DNA of 64,000 nucleotides from Octopus vulgaris (taxonomy: Eukaryota): NCBI GenBank assembly GCA_951406725.2, contig OX597822.1, positions 62,124,001-62,188,000 on the forward strand, written 5' to 3'. The position numbers were made by a program, and so were the translations under genes. The notes beneath the pieces were generated by a model. That model ran no database searches. It had not been told where the DNA came from and saw only the letters and a list, made by a program, of their open reading frames with translations. Within the stretch, counting starts at the first letter, position 1. Each line of letters starts with the position of its first letter. This document shows, piece by piece, positions 1 to 13,312 of this stretch.

Positions 1-784
1 AAATTGATTTTGATCTCAACATGAGGCAAATTTAATTTCAATATGAATGTTCAATATTACCCTGACATAAAAGTCTGATTCAATCAAACAGAGCTAGACA
101 AGTCATCTTTAGCTTTGATCTGGAAGTCAAATTTGGATTTACATGTGAGGGTCAAATTCAACCTTTGGATGAGTTCCATTTGATCTTGACATACTTTAAA
201 TTTGAGCTTTGAATCAAAGGACTGGAATTAAATACTGAAAGATGTTTAGTGTGGTGCATTTACTGTTTCTAACACAGTAACAACCGTTTAATGATATCAA
301 AATAATATATAATAACGAGGTCTGTGGATTTAACAGATATGGTAGAGTTCCTGGGTAAATGTCTTAAAGTACTTTCACTTTTGTTTCTACAACATTCTGA
401 CTGCTGCAAAATATGTTGTTGTTGGGTGAAGCCACCTCTCCTGTGTGGCATGGATACTGGAAAACAAAAGGAACTTAGATATTGATTTAGATGATCTACA
501 AATTTTCAACCATATGCTAAGATATATATATATATATGTGCATGCATGCAAAAAACAAGTATTATTATATAAGTGAGAAAATTGTGTGAGGGCAAAAACA
601 AATGATTTTTGAAAAAAAAAACAGAAAAAAGGAAAAATTTCTATTTAATTACTATAAAAATGTTAAAAGAAATTAATAATTTTTAAAAAATCACAAAAAT
701 AATGAAAATACAAAAAAAGCCCAAAAAACAATGACTTCACCTCAATTTTTTATAGTATTTATTCATATTAGAGATTTTTTGATG

Positions 785-824
<40 letters not shown>

Positions 825-1446
825 CACTAAAATTTCAACACAGTGTTGTTTTCAATACTTGCATATATGAATTCATATACATAATGTTTACTAAAACCTG
901 TTTAGTCTCACTGTGAGCCAATCACAGAAGTTTTTCTAGGAGATTTGAAAGTCCCTTTAGCATTAATATAATCTGAGGTCAGCTGAACTATGTATGTTTC
1001 TGTCTTCCCAAACATTTCTTATTTGTTTGCCACTGCTTTCATTCACTTCCCTACTGCATTACATTGCCCCAACCCTTACTCCACCACGGCTCAGGGATTC
1101 CATGATAGCTGGTCTACGACCCTGCTGTTCAAACAGCCAGCCGTCCAAATCAACCCTGGCAGTTGAACTAGGTATATCTGGACAATTGGACAGGATTACC
1201 ATTTTGTGGTGCCATTTTTAGCACATCATTCTTTCATCATTTGATATATATATATATATATATATATATCAAAAGATATTCCCAGCAAAGATAGTATTAA
1301 AAAGGTAAAAATAGAAAAATTGTCAATACAAAAAAATATAAATTTTATATATTATTTTAATGCTAAAGGAATCTTTGGATCACTCCTTCACATCCAGACT
1401 AAATGTATGTTTATTAGTCACATTGTATATAATTTTATATATGCAG

Positions 1447-1509
<63 letters not shown>

Positions 1510-2952
1510 CTTTCTTTCTTACTTTATTAATTTATTAGAAATGTTGTGCAGCAGAAATGTGGTGTAGTTAAAATTCCTTGCAAGCCAAGGTTGTTTTCCA
1601 TTTGTTACTTTCATTCTTCAGTTAAATTCCCATTTCATTTCATAATTAATATTACTAATTGCTGCTGTGAATGCAAAAGTTTTCATTTCAATTGCCACTG
1701 ATGTCATCTCTGGCTCAACCACCAAGATCCACTGGTTAGAGCCTTTGTGTGGCATTCAATATGTTGAAAATAGCAACCAATTTTATGTTGTCTGGGAAAA
1801 AAAAAAAGACAAAAACAAAATGTCTGAAAGGCTGGATGGTTATGACTGGAAAGCTTAGGTCTGACAAGGCCAGCATAGTTCTTAGCAACAACAATAAATA
1901 CCAGACGAGATATTGCCTGGTATTTTGTGGTCTTCTGACAATAATAATAATTATAATGATAAAAATAATTATTAATTGTTATGACATCAGCATGTCAGCC
2001 AAAATGCTTAGTTATATTTTCCCTTCTCTTTACAGTCTTAGTTCAAATTCTGCCAAAGGTCCACTTTGCCTTTCATCCTTTTGGGTTTGGTAAAAGTAGC
2101 ATTTGATCCCTAGGGATCAGTGTAATTGACTTACCCTCTCCTTAAACTTTTATTTCTGATTTTGGCACAAGGCCAGCGAATTTGAGGGGATAGTCAGAAG
2201 TAAGTCAATTACATCAACCATTTATAGGCTCCAAAAGGATGAAAGGCAAAGTTGACCTTAGCAGGTTTTGAACTCAAAATGTAAAGAGTTGGAAGAAATA
2301 CTGCAAGGCATTTTATCTGCCGTTCAAACTATTCTACAAATCCATTGTTCTCTCAATTGTAGTAATAATACTCATACTAATATTATAGAATTGTTTTTTT
2401 AATTCATATTTTCTTTCCCATTTGCTGGTTCATCCTGGATTTTTAATGCTCCAATTTCAGAAAATGTTTCTATTTTCTTGTAATATAAATTTTAGAAAAA
2501 GAAAAAAAAAAATGAAATAAAAAAATGGTAAATAAAAAACAATGAATAAAAAAGCAATTAATTTTGTGTCCCTTTTTTTTATTTTCAAAATAATATTGTT
2601 GATTTATGAGTTTTTAATGGGCTCTTTATTAGCTAATTGCATTTCATTTGCAGTAGAGAAACCATTTAGCCAAATGTACTGTGAAGTTGGTCAGGGCCCA
2701 AAAATCACTTAGTTCTGAGATGCACTTTTAAGTACACACCATGTTGGCACTCCTTGATTGAAATCTACTTGAGGCCACTTTTGCTTCTCCAATACAAATT
2801 TGTTTTTTAAAGTGATCGAAATTAAAATCTTTTATCAGAATTTCATATTAATTTATATTCCTAACGTTAGCTTAATATTGACCAAGTTGTTTTAATCAAG
2901 TCTTCATTATTTTCAATTGAAGCAAAGGCAAGGCAGTGTATTTCAATAAAAT

Positions 2953-3247
2953 AAAGATAAACGTCATCCTTTTCAAGCCTAGCCAGGCTCATGGGCCCGG
3001 TTTCCGTGGTGTATGTATTTCCCCTTGCTGGACGAGACACCAGACCATCGCAGCTTTACTCAAGAAACAGAAAGAGAGAGTGAGAGAAAGTTGTGGCAGA
3101 AGAGTACAACAGGAGTCATCACTGGAGCCTCATGGAGCTTTTAGGTGTTCACTCAATAAACACACCCAACGCCTGGTCTGGGAATCGAAACTGCAATCCT
3201 CTGACCGCGAGTCTACTGCCTTAACCACTGGGCCATTGCGCCTCCAC
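2953..3247 (-). mobile_element. tRNA-headed SINE, family C, tail type 1
   Basis: Minus-strand head GTGGAGGCGCAATGGCCCAGTGGTTAAGGC...GTTTCGATTCC (A/B boxes); 12-bp TSD TTTCAATAAAAT at 2941-2952 and 3248-3259; homologous to 6844 and 15286 copies. Confidence 0.85.
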
Positions 3248-3300
3248 TTTCAATAAAATTATTGTAACAAAAATGTGAATTAAATACTTTCTACCTCAGA

Positions 3301-3512
3301 AAGGCTGTGAGCTGGCAGAATTGTTAGCATGCCAGGCAAAATGCTTAGCAGCCTCTCTTCCAAGCTTCATGTTCTGAGTTCAAATGCTGCTGAGGTTGTT
3401 TTTGCATTTAATTCCTTCCGTATTCAAAAAAATAAGTACCAGTTGAGTACTGGGGGTCGATGTAATCAACTTCCCTCCCCATCAAAATTGCTGGCCATGT
3501 GCCATAAATTGG
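3301..3512 (+). mobile_element. Degenerate SINE, family B
   Basis: GAGCTGGCAGAA...GAGTTCAAAT...AAGTACCAG homologous to the 17601 copy. Confidence 0.7.
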
Positions 3513-4630
3513 AAAATTTTCAACCATACACCATGTGATAACTATCTGTGTCTGAGGCGATGGAGTATTTCATTCAAACAATTTGTATCAGTCCACACTG
3601 TAAAGTGGTTGGTGTTCAGAAGAGCATTCAGCTGTAAAAACCTTGTCAAAAGTGACCTTGCCTGGGCTTGTGCCTCATAAAAAGCACTAAGTCCAGTCTG
3701 CTGAGTGGTTGGTGTCAGGAAGGGAATCTTGCCATAACAGTCACAGAAGCCTGGTGCAGGCTTTGGCCTGGCTGGTTCTTGTGGTACCATCCCACCCATG
3801 CTAGCATGGAATATGGACATTAGATAATGATGATAATGTATCAGGTTTCTAGTGGGGGCATTGCATCTTTGACACAAACGTTGAATCTTTCATTACCATA
3901 GTAGATATGAACGAATGAGGGAATCTCTACATATTTACCCAAGTTGCTAGAAATGACAATCAAATCTTCAACTCACTCTATTGTCTTAAGAACATAGGAT
4001 GATGTAGATCTGGATATATCTCTTAATGTAATGCAGGATAATCATGATTGAATTGCCTTTAGTTTTATAAATCTGTTAGGTCTAAACAAGGAATACAAAA
4101 GTAAAATTTCTGGTAATTGGAGTTGACTATGTATATGTACATCTATGTGCAGGCCTGGGCAAGGCTTATTTTGTGGAAGATTAACAGCTACCCATGCATG
4201 AAAGTGCGTGTCCTTTCCTCACGCCATCGAATATAGAAATGAGAAAGGCAATGTGCTAACAGACCTGCTCTAGATTGGTAATTTTTATCGACTTCGATAT
4301 AAGGATATATAGAGAAGTTGACCTCAGCGTGACTTGAACTGAGAACACTGAGTTGGATCAAATACCATAAGCCATTCTTTCAATGCTCTACGACTGTGCC
4401 TGTTCATCTCCTTCACAACAAATACATAAACACACACATCACAGGTTCAGTGAGTATGTAGGGGGAACCTCGAGTCAACCTTTTTGAGAGGTGGGCCGCA
4501 TGAAACATAACGCATCATTATGTGGTCTGCACAACTAAAGAAGTCTGAGTTAACTTTTCATTAGGTGTGCCATTCAGAAAGTCCTGCGGGTCCGCAGGTT
4601 GTCCACATCCACTCTAGACGTTCACTCAAC

Positions 4631-4814
4631 TTGACTGCGGCCATGCTGGAGCACCGCCTTTTAGTCGAAGAAATCGACCCCAGGACTTATTCTTTGTAAG
4701 CCTAGTACTTATTCTGTCGGGTTCTTTAGCCGAGCCGCTTAGTTATGGGGACGTAAACACATCAACATCGGTTGTCAAGCGATGGTGGAGGGACAAACAC
4801 AGACAAACAAACAT

Positions 4815-4876
<62 letters not shown>

Positions 4877-5039
4877 GACAGGCTTCTTTCAGTTTCCGTC
4901 TACAAAATCCACTCACAAGGCTTTAGTCTGCCCGAGGATATAGTAGAAGACACTTGCCCAAGGTCCCTCGCAGTGGGACTGAACCTGGAACCATATGGTT
5001 GGTAAGCAAGCTACTTACCATTCAGCCACTCCTGCGCCT
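4631..5039 (-). mobile_element. tRNA-headed SINE, family A, with internal microsatellite
   Basis: Head AGGCGCAGGAGTGGCTG..TGGT (A box), GGTTCAGTCCC (B box), CCTTGGGCAAGT CORE-like motif; more than 10 homologous copies in the window; last ~20 nt of tail missing. Confidence 0.9.
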
Positions 5040-5040
5040 G

Positions 5041-5088
5041 AAAAATATGGAACGCTTCACGAATTTGCGTTTCATCCTTGCGCAGGGG
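5041..5088 (-). pseudogene. U6: U6 snRNA 3' fragment (about nt 60-107 in human numbering)
   Basis: Minus strand reads CCCCTGCGCAAGGATGAAACGCAAATTCGTGAAGCGTTCCATATTTTT, 47/48 identical to the metazoan U6 3' end as I recall it; ACAGAGA box and 5' stem absent. Confidence 0.92.
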
Positions 5089-6157
5089 ATGAAGCTTAAG
5101 AAACTTTTCTTCAGATGCATCAAGCATCTTCTGAGCAAACTTGGTTCTACTCCTTAGACTGAAACCATTTCTCTTCACAAAACGGAAGCACTAGATGGGT
5201 GTGCCTTTAAAATCAGTTGTCTCTTCTGTCTCTTGTCCTTTCCCTTTGCTCTTTCTTTTTTTTTATCTCCTAAGCAATTCTTCTTCCTTGATCGATAAGG
5301 ATCTTTGTCGAAACAAATGCATCACATTGCATTTAGCTTTCGACCCAGTGCTTGTATTTTTCCTCCAGATTTGGCCACCTCGCCTTTTAGCCTCGTGCCG
5401 CTCTCTTCATCCTTGGCATCTGTAAAAGTTCGTCTTTGTGCTTTCTCCACAGTCCAATCATGGCAGCCATAGGAGGAGCCCCAAACTGTCTTGCTCCAGC
5501 TTTATTTCCATGCTTCTCTGCAAACTGAGTCACTTTCAATTTGAAATTCGCTTTTTATTCTCGGACATTTTTACGCTAATAGGAAACAAAAATCTTTAAA
5601 AAAAAGGAGTAATGCAAGATCAATTTAAATAACAGTAGAAAATACCTAAGATGGTGTCTCAGTTGAATTTCAATATTTGGTTATGCTACATTCACGCCTG
5701 TTTCAGCGTGAGCTGCATTACCATATAAGGCCTTTGAGCATGCTTGCTGTTTCTGATAGGTTGTATGATCTCCATGTGCAGCCTGGGTTTTTCAAAAAAG
5801 TGTTAATGTTTGCACTTGCGTGTTCGCTCGCAATTTTAAATAAAATATAGAACTTTCGTGTTAATACACAAATACAAATTTAACAGTCTCAATGAGCACG
5901 AGTAAGTACTCTTTGGCAGACGATTGTCGTTCGTGATGTCCGCTTTATGCGCATGCCGTTGCTTGACGAACGGATAGTGACTCATCCAATAGGACGTCGC
6001 AACCCGTGGGTGTTAGCCTGAGGCTTGCGATGCTGTAAGTCATGGAGATTTGAGATTCGAGGAATTAAGTAATTTATTAATATCTATAATACTCCCATAT
6101 TTTTTAACCTAATTTTTGATAAAAAAAAAAGGGTTCCTTATACACGTTAAAATACGG
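5089..6157 (-). mobile_element. pogo/POGK-like DNA transposon 5' half (decayed transposase)
   Basis: Minus strand translates to FKLKVTQFAEKHGNKAGARQFG...WRK...KARWPNLEE...CFRFVKRNGFSLRSRTKFAQK (Brinker-like DBD plus CENP-B HTH) with stops; terminus TA-CCGTATTTT at 6159-6149. Confidence 0.8.
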
Positions 6158-6520
6158 TACATACAAAATAATGACGGGATCTGTACGTGCTTATTCAACC
6201 TGGTCGAAATAATCCCTTGATCTTTCTCCAATGGATAGTGTTCTCATAATTACACTGGATAATGTAGTAACTGAGATGTATTATCTACGACAACACTACA
6301 AAAATACTAAGAGCAGCGGATTCGCGACACTAAAAGCAGGTCGGGGAGGATACTTTACTGAGGCTGCCCTGGCTCTTTGAATTTTGACAGCGATATGTGT
6401 GATGACCTTAAAATGGTGGCCTTTTCTTTGAATAAACATCGGTGGCGTGAACAGGGGAGACTTGTAATGCTTAGACTACCATTAGACTTCCTTAGAAAAA
6501 TCTAGTTCGTGTTTGCACAT

Positions 6521-7407
6521 AAGGCATGGCTGTGTGATAAAGAAGCTCGTTTAACAGCCACGTAGTTTCGGGTTCAGTCTCATTGTGCAGTACTTTGGAT
6601 GAATATCTTTTACTCTAGCCCCGGATCGACCAATTTGATGGACGCAAACTGTGTGAAAGTCCGTTGTGTCTGTGTGTTAAGTCACTTGTAGAACTATCTT
6701 TGCAGACAAGAGAAAAAAAGAGGAAAAATCAAGGACACTACGACGACCAATCCTGAGCAGCCTACCTTCCCACGCAGCTTTTGTTATCAATTTGTTTCTC
6801 CCGAATCAGACTCGTTGGGCATCAGCAAACCTGCAACAGACATTTTATTATATATTCGCCCTTTTCAAGCCTAGCCAGGCTCATGGGCCCGGTTTCTGTG
6901 GCGTATGTGTTCCCCACCAGCTGGACGGGACGCCAGTCCATCGCAGCGTTTCTCAAGAAACAGGAAGAAAGAGTGAGAGAAAGTTGGGGCGAAATAGTAC
7001 AACAGGGGTTGCCACCCCCCCCCCTGCCGGAGCCTCGTGGAGATTTTAGGTGTTTTCGCTCAATAAACACACACAACGCCCGGTTTGGGAATCGAAACCG
7101 CGATCCTCTGACCGCGAGTCCGCCGCCCTAACCACTGGGCCATTGCCCCCCCTCCACAACAGACATGGACATCCCTTTCTGTAAATCTTCGTTTGTGAAG
7201 CCAAGCCGAGAAGGTGTATGTATCACTGCTTGACAACCGGTGCTGGTTTGTCTATGATCCCGTAACTTAGCGTTTCGGCTAGAGATATCCATAGAATAAA
7301 CACCAGATTTAAAACTAACAACTGGGATCGAATTCGACTAAAGCCTTCAAGGCAGTGCCCCAGCATGGCCACAGTTCAAATTATTGAAACGAGTAAAAGC
7401 TAAAAGA
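6521..7407 (+). mobile_element. Old family A SINE interrupted by nested insertions
   Basis: Diverged head at 6521-6675 and tail at ~7215-7407, separated by inserted DNA. Confidence 0.7.
6844..7156 (-). mobile_element. SINE family C, tail type 1
   Basis: Same head and body as the 2953 copy; TSD CAACAGACAT at 6834-6843 and 7157-7166. Confidence 0.9.
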
Positions 7408-9234
7408 AACACGTGTAGATGCATGATCAGTATTAACCGACAATGCTCTATAAACGGAGACACATCATGTCTAGAAAAAAGGTGTGTTGGTCACAATTGG
7501 AATGTCTGTTTATAAGGCTGACCAGATGATTAAAAAAAGTCTCGGTGTGTATAGACAACACTTTAATTTTGTACTTAAGTTGGCATTTACCCAAGATGAG
7601 TTGAGACAACTGCAATTAGTGAATCAACCGCATCACAAAAAGATGATCACGTTCGACGATCACAGGTGACCGACGTAGTGATCATCTACCAGTTTCGATT
7701 CCAACGACGGGGATCAGTTATCGATTTAAGATCCGAACTAATCTTACTAATAAATTCGAAGCATTTCGTTTTATTTGTTGAAGAATGTGCAATTTTAAAT
7801 TCCTCCCATGACAATGTTACCATTAAAAATATAAAAACGATGGCCGGGTCAGCGGAGGAAGAGCGATGTCCATGACGATATTTAAAAGATCTTTGAGACT
7901 GATTGTTGTGTTAGGTCTAGTGGAAGAACCTGCATCTCCGTATTTGTCCTCAGACGTGATCTGGTCTATGTGCCTCTGCTATAGGTCACCCAGGGGTCTG
8001 GTGACGCTGCTAAATTGATCGGAACATCAAGTCTACCACACATAAACGAGTACAGTCTAATCAATGTCTATTCATTTTCACTCAAAACTTTGGTCGATCT
8101 GAGTCTCCGATGGAAGATACTTTCCCCAAATGCTGTGCAGTGGGATTGAACCTGGAACTCAATGATTGCAAAGAGAATATCTTAATCATGCAGGCATACT
8201 TTTGTCACCAATGAATGAAGCGCATCCTCTACAGCAGGATGTTCATCACTTCTTTGTTTGATGCAATCAAATCCAGAATTAACTGTTGACATAGGAACGA
8301 TTAACTTATGAGATGGAGGAAACACAGTGGCGAAAATACGATCAGCTACCTTCTGGTATGGATATAAGCCGAAAACCACCTAGCAAATGGAAAGACAGCT
8401 TCTCAAAAAGAATAACGTGTCAGAAGCTTGAGTTGCATTTAGCATTATTTGTTGGGATGGTCTCTAATGCAATAACCATGTAGTTTTACCGGTCTTGCAA
8501 TGTAAAATGAAAACGCAGGGGAATGTCTCCAAACAATATCTTGGAAAGTGCTGTACTTCTAGGCAATATCAGTTTCCACTATATATATTGATAGAGGGAA
8601 AAAATCTTCATATAATGCTCCTACAATTCAATATTATATGAAACTTGGGAAAATAAAACTAATGCAAATCCATCCTGATCTCATGTACCGCACTACCATT
8701 TTTCGAGTTTTTTCCTTTTTTGGTTTGCAATCGCACGACAATATTTATATTGGTGATTAAATCTGAAGAGAAAATGTCTGCTGCTCAAATGGAAGCATAT
8801 GACCTGCATTTTTAGTTCTCAGTTGTAAGTTTATTAAGTGAATTAATAATAAAGTTCTTAAATGGGGGCGAAATACTGTTCTGTCGATAGCAATTCACTA
8901 ACACACACACATACACACACATATACATACATGCATACATACATACATACATACATACATACATACATACATACATACATACATACATACATACATACAT
9001 ACATACATACATTCGGTTTGAAAGCCAAAAAGCTGGACTTTTCGATCGATGTTTCACATGATATCTGTTCCGCCCGAGTTGACCAGATGTTCCTTGGTCA
9101 TTCACGCCATCAGCAATGCAGTAAATCAGTTACTGCCCCGTTCGAAACTTGTAACCAACGACGCTCTTCTTCACAAAATGCGATATGGAATAAATTCATA
9201 ATGAGCGAAAACAGAATTTAAAATATTTATTTAT

Positions 9235-9560
9235 AGGCGTAGGAGCGGCTGTGTCTTCTTCTATAGCCTTGTGGGTGGATTTGGTAGACAGAAACTGAAA
9301 GAAGCCCGTCGTATATATGTATATATATATGTATGTGTGTGTATATGTTTGTGTGTCTGTGTTTGTCCTCCCAACATCGCTTGACAACCGATGCTGGTGT
9401 GTTTGCATCCCCGTAACTTAGCGGTTCGACAAAAGATACCGATAGAATAAGTACTAGGCTTACAAAGAATAAGTTCTGGGTTCGATTTGTTCGACTAAAG
9501 GCAGTGCTCCAGCATGGTCACAGTCAAAATACTGAAACAAGTAAAAAAGTAAAGAGTAAA
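9235..9560 (+). mobile_element. SINE family A with internal deletions
   Basis: Homology to other family A copies; tail GAAACAAGTAAAA. Confidence 0.85.
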
Positions 9561-10403
9561 TTGTATATAACTATTCATTTAATGAATGTTTTCTTGAGCG
9601 AGAGCACATCACGTTTTAATTTATCATGGCAATCTATTTGTATTAGACCCACCCACCACCACTTTTAGCTGTTAAATATAATATTTTATTCAAAAGTTTA
9701 ATAAAACAGTTGAGCCACTGCAATCACTCGATAAAAAATTATACAGTCCTTTCTGTAAAAAAAATAAAAATACACATAATGCATCGAAAATAAGTATTCT
9801 AAGCTCAGTATTAGGTAGTATTCATAAAGAATTTATTCAGTAAATTTATTCAGCATTAGGTAGTATTCATAAAGAATTTATTCAGTAAATTTATCATAAA
9901 TGCACTGAAAGCAATTTACGACAGGGCATGCAATTTGCAAGTCAACGAGTGCATGTTCATTTTGATTGATAAGTTTATTTTCTCTCGCTAATCACAAAAA
10001 TGGAAGAAAAAACATTGGAGAAAAAAACTAGAAATGTAAACAAAAAAATGCGGCAGATCAATAATAAGAACCATGACATGGCTGTTGCACTTGCATAAGA
10101 AAGCAGACGAATCTCTTAGACTCACATGTGTCGAAGTTGACGAGAGAATCCATTGTATATATTATAACTAGGCATGTCACAGACGTACTGTCTCCTTATT
10201 TCACCCTTTTTACCTCTGCTATAGAGCTTCTTCGTCACATGGTATCTCCAGTGAAACTATTCACTTCTTATCCTCCTGTCACCCACCATCTGGTTTGGTT
10301 TGAGGTTTCTTTTGCTTGCTTCTGTGATTGCTTGGTTGCTTGTTGTTGTTGTTGAGGTTCATATCGACTTTGATCTAGTATAAATACATCAAAAAGTATT
10401 TCT

Positions 10404-10635
10404 TATTTCTTTATTGCCCACAAGGGGTAAACATAGAGGAGACAAACAAGGACAAACAAAGGGATTAAGTCGATTAGATCGACCCCAGTGCGTAACTGGT
10501 ACTTAATTTATCGACCCCGAAAGGATGAAAGGCAAAGTCGACCTCGGCGGAATTTGAACTCAGAACGTAACGGCAGACGAAATACCGCTGAGCATTTCGC
10601 CCGGCGTGCTAACGATTCTGCCAGCTCGCCACCTT
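10404..10635 (-). mobile_element. SINE family B
   Basis: GGCGAGCTGGCAGAA head and GCCTTTCATCCTTTCGGGGTCGATAAATTAAGTACCAG central block; flanked by AAGTATTTCT on both sides. Confidence 0.9.
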
Positions 10636-10740
10636 CAATAAGTATTTCTGCAATAAGCAACCCATCTCTGACGGTTCCAGTAGCATATACATACATACAT
10701 ACATACATACATACATACATACATACATACATACATACAT

Positions 10741-11800
10741 AATGAGCAGAAGACTATGCATGGATATGTTAATGGAAAGTTCCGTGATGATAGTAACATC
10801 GATCATCAAAGCAGTTTACCTCCCACTTTGAAGGGTATTTGTTTGCAATCCAGGAACAGGAAATATCAACCAAGTACCTGATGCACAAAAGGGATAAAGA
10901 TGCAGGAAAGCCGTAAAATATGACAACCGACGTAGACTTTGTGGAGTTCACACTGAAGTTATCACCCACATCACAAGCAGTTGTTCGAAAATATCATCAC
11001 GGTATTATCTACCGATGAGACATGATGTTGTAGCTAGGACACTCTATAATGAAATCCGTCGGAAGGATAATCCCGAGGACAAAGAAATAAGAACCCACAA
11101 TATGGTGAAGCCATAGCCACTCATAATAAAAAGGAATATTGGAGGAATGTACCAGTGAAGACCTCAATAAAATGTAAACACAACAGACCTGATATAATGA
11201 TTTGGGATTGAGAAGAGAAACTGTGCACAGTCGTGGAAATTAGCTGCCCAGTGGATGTTAACATAAAGCTGAAGACCAGTGAAAAAAAGAACACCAATGC
11301 TGAATTAGTGAGAAATCTGCAGATACTCTATCCATATTACAAGTTCAGGTTTATACCTGTAATTATTGGGCCCCTGGGATATGTAACACACTGCCTAAAT
11401 ACCAATCTTGAGAAATTGGGCTTCTCAAAACCAGAAAGGAGAAAGCTAATTCGAAGACTACAGGTCCAATCCATCACTGGAACTGTAAAAATCTGTAAGA
11501 CTTTCCAGGAGTTTATCATTTAAATATATATGAGCTTGTCTATATATGAAACTATATGTATGATAATACATACGTAAAGCATACAAATCTGCACATACAT
11601 ATATATACATATACATATACATACATGCATACATACATACATACATACATACATACATACATACATACATACATACAAGCAAAAATACACTGTTGTTGAT
11701 GTTGAATTTCCAATGAAGGTGCCTTGAATCTAGGCTCTTTTAGCAACTGGCTCTTATTCTATTGGCAAGAAATCTTGAAATAAAGCTGGACAGTGACATA
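10741..11800 (+). mobile_element. 5'-truncated RLE-type non-LTR retrotransposon (R2/R4/NeSL group)
   Basis: FAIQEQEI, CCHC-like RLCGVHTEVITHITSSC, RPDIMIWD...VEISCP restriction-like endonuclease and IPVIIGPLG motifs with frameshifts; 3' UTR follows; begins directly after (TACA)n. Confidence 0.85.
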
Positions 11801-13074
11801 AATACGTACCTACGTACATACACACACACGACAACCATTCTCTCGACGCGACGTAATTGATTACTAAAGAGAGAGAGAGGGAAAACTGAGGAGAGAATAG
11901 ATAGATAGATCGAGAGAGAGAGAGAGAGAGAGAAAGATATAGATAGATAGAGAGAGAGAGAGCAACTTCAGTTATTATTAATGCCAGCGGAAGGATTAAA
12001 TGCAACGTGCACATCGGTTGGATTTGAACTTAGTCCGTTAGGAACTGGAACAAATGCACTGTATTCGAGGTTATGGCTTCGCCAATTCACTGTTTATAGA
12101 TGTATTCAATGTCTTTTTTGTTCAAGACAACGTAGTTTGATTTGGCTGCTATAACTAGTAAATCAAGATACCACGTAATATATAAGGCTATTTTATTTGT
12201 CACGTATAATAATATTGACTGGTTAAATTGCAGCTCTGAGTTGAAAAGATTTAATAAGTACGGTTTGCAGACAGTTCGGCTCTAAGAAGCTCCACTTAGC
12301 TGCAATTGCCGAATGACAATGGAGAACGTATACTACTCTCAAAAAAAAAGAAATCACAACGAAAATCCAAGCAGTTCTCTGTGAAAAATCCTTATATTAC
12401 TTACCTTAGACTCTGTCGTTATATTGATCACCCTTAAGGCGGCGAAGTAAGCTGCTGGACAAAATGTTAAAATTTTGTCAAAATCGACTTTGCCTTTCAT
12501 CCTTTCGGGATCAATAAAATAAGTACCAGTTGAGCACTGGGGGTCAATGTAATTGACTTAACCCTCCCCCGAAATTGTTGGCCTTGTGCCAAAATTCGAA
12601 ACCGTTATATTGACCACCCTTAAAATCTTACCAATGTTTCGCTGAAGGGGTCAAGTGAGACCGTAAATGATTGTTATCTTCACCAATTTGTTTTAAAGAC
12701 TAGACGCATTTCAATCTGTATCACCTTTATTATCTAAGCATTTAGATCAACTGCTTATTGTTTTTAGGCTTTATACAATACTAGCTTAAAAGCCTCACTC
12801 CATGCGGACTTTTAAGATAGCTTCTGCGGAACGCTGATTGGGCCTTCGGTGCAAAACTGAAGACAGCAATAATAAAACATTTATTGGCATCCTTCCTTCT
12901 CAGATTTATATCACACAGTATCACATTTGGAAGATTTTATATCACTGCGACGTTTAGAGAACACTAAAGCAGCAGGGTAAACAACATGTTCCACATGGTT
13001 TATTCAGATTTGAACTGATAACATGAAAATACATTACTTTTTGGTAATAATAATTATCATTCTCTCAGCCATAG

Positions 13075-13272
13075 ACACAAGGCCTGAAATTTTGGGGGAA
13101 GGAGCATAGTCAATTACTACGACCCCAGTGCCCAACTGGTGCTTATTTCAATGTCCCGAAAGCATAAAAGCAAAGTCAACTTTGCGGAATTTGAAGTCGG
13201 AACGTAAAGACGGATGAAATGCTGCTAAGCATTTTGCCCGGCGTGCTAACGATTCTGCTAGCTCGCAGCCTT
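13075..13272 (-). mobile_element. SINE family B
   Basis: Homology to other family B copies. Confidence 0.8.
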
Positions 13273-13312
13273 AATAATAATAGTAGTAGTAGTAGTAGTA
13301 GTAGTAGTATGT

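Noticed and set aside
5041-5088. Functional U6 snRNA gene
   Set aside because: Only the 3' 48 nt are present; no 5' stem or ACAGAGA box, and upstream DNA is transposase
7480-8560. Short ORFs possibly from a decayed transposase
   Set aside because: No recognisable motif by eye; needs a translated search
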